This document shows positions 55,747 to 57,521 of a stretch of 57,521 nt of DNA, in pieces (the first letter of the stretch is position 1; every line of letters starts with the position of its first letter). The DNA lies in the NCBI GenBank assembly GCA_964016885.1, contig CAXHJY010001581.1, forward strand, positions 1-57,521, written 5' to 3'. Source of the DNA: Eledone cirrhosa. Taxonomy: Eukaryota. The position numbers and the translations under genes were made by a program. The notes beneath the pieces are model-generated. The model was not told where the DNA came from, ran no database searches, and saw only the letters and a program-made list of their open reading frames with translations.

Positions 55747-57521
55747 ATTGTTATACTTTGGGAGGGTCATGTTGCCAATAAGAAACACACGCACCAGTTG
55801 CTTTCACTTCAATTTAATTTAATATATATTTATAAATTTACAAATTTATAAATTTCTGGTTGGTTGGTTGGTTCCACAACCAGATAGTTGTTTATATATA
55901 TATATAGTCATAGTTCTTTCGTCACACACTCTGTGACCTCTTCAGTGACTGGGGATTTCTTTCTTCGTTTCTGTGCCTTTCCTTTCTTCTATCCTACGCC
56001 ATTTTGTTTGTGCGTGGGTTGCGTGCTCAGTTTGCGCATGCGCCACATCCGGGTGTCTGTGTGTGTTTGTGTTCATTTTTCTATTTTTCTATTTATATTT
56101 GTTTGTTTATTTATTTATTTATTGTTGGTTGGTTGTTTGTTCTATGTGTGTGTGTGTTTTCATTTTGTCTTGTGTGTGTTTTCATTTTGTGTGTGTTTTC
56201 AATTGTAAGTTGTTTGTTCTATGTGTGTGTGTGTTTTCATTTTGTCCTTAATTGTAAGTTGTGATGTTGCTGTTCCACTCATATTTTCTATTTAATTTTG
56301 GTTTTAATTCTTTTATGCTTACTGCCTCTGTAATTTGCCTAAACATTGCGTCTTTCTTGTGTGTGGATTCTATTTTTATTTCTATGCTCTCTAATTTACC
56401 CCTGTGTTCTATCTTAGCATGTTGGTAGAGCACAGATGATTCTTTACTATCTTGGAGGTCTCGCCAGTGTTCATTTATTCGTTCCCTATACTACGAGCTG
56501 TCTCACCTATGTACACTATATTTTTGTTTCTACATTGTCCTTCAGTACATCTTATGCTATATACTACATTTCTAGTTTTACAGTTAATATGGGGGCTTAT
56601 TTTACAGGTTATACATTTCTTATCTATACATGAGGGTCTTTGGAACGGGTATGTCTTGCTAATAAGACCCTCATGTATAGATAAGAAATGTATAACCTGT
56701 AAAATAAGCCCCCATATTAACTGTAAAACTAGAAATGTAGTATATAGCATAAGATGTACTGAAGGACAATGTAGAAACAAAAATATAGTGTACATAGGTG
56801 AGACAGCTCGTAGTATAGGGGAACGAATAAATGAACACTGGCGAGACCTCCAAGATAGTAAAGAATCATCTGTGCTCTACCAACATGCTAAGATAGAACA
56901 CAGGGGTAAATTAGAGAGCATAGAAATAAAAATAGAATCCACACACAAGAAAGACGCAATGTTTAGGCAAATTACAGAGGCAGTAAGCATAAAAGAATTA
57001 AAACCAAAATTAAATAGAAAATATGAGTGGAACAGCAACATCACAACTTACAATTAAGGACAAAATGAAAACACACACACACATAGAACAAACAACTTAC
57101 AATTGAAAACACACACAAAATGAAAACACACACAAGACAAAATGAAAACACACACACACATAGAACAAACAACCAACCAACAATAAATAAATAAATAAAC
57201 AAACAAATATAAATAGAAAAATAGAAAAATGAACACAAACACACACAGACACCCGGATGTGGCGCATGCGCAAACTGAGCACGCAACCCACGCACAAACA
57301 AAATGGCGTAGGATAGAAGAAAGGAAAGGCACAGAAACGAAGAAAGAAATCCCCAGTCACTGAAGAGGTCACAGAGTGTGTGACGAAAGAACTATGACTA
57401 TATATATATATAAACAACTATCTGGTTGTGGAACCAACCAACCAACCAGAAATTTATAAATTTGTAAATTTATAAATATATATTAAATTAAATTGAAGTG
57501 AAAGCAACTGGTGCGTGTGTT
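55747..57521. mobile_element. Fold-back insertion of PLE family B 3' part (GIY-YIG plus pLTR); right arm runs off the window
   Basis: The arms meet at an AAG microhomology (56664-56666); the left arm stops at the short end (..AAGTATAACAAT). Confidence 0.92.

Noticed and set aside
56452-57057. 201-aa ORF as a standalone GIY-YIG gene
   Set aside because: It is a chimera across the fold-back junction at 56664; the first ~70 aa are antisense.

Overview
This is eukaryotic, extremely AT-rich repeat DNA, probably from an octopus or related cephalopod (inferred from the tRNA-SINE core at ~22.8-23.0 kb and the huge (TA)n arrays). I find no recognisable host gene, and almost all long ORFs in the track are (TA)n artefacts. 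The window is a nest of retroelements inserted into irregular (TA)n arrays. It holds Penelope-like elements (PLEs; RT plus C-terminal GIY-YIG) of several families, four 5'-truncated CR1/L2-group LINE copies, two non-autonomous RTE derivatives, a tRNA-SINE and a 60-bp satellite. Main observations: (1) about eleven PLE-type insertions, from ~80 bp to 10 kb, share one architecture: two outward-pointing 3' ends in inverted orientation, one 'long' and one 'short', with family-specific endpoints. (2) The intact family-A PLE is exactly one circularly permuted monomer: its ATG and first 22 codons sit at its 3' end and join in frame to its 5' end. (3) About ten different hammerhead-ribozyme folds occur in these termini, including non-canonical cores (U3-A8, A4, C4) and one with a ~115-nt stem II. 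(4) One insertion arm starts at the predicted hammerhead cleavage site. Family letters are my own labels, RNA folds were paired by eye, and coordinates may be off by a few bases at TA junctions.
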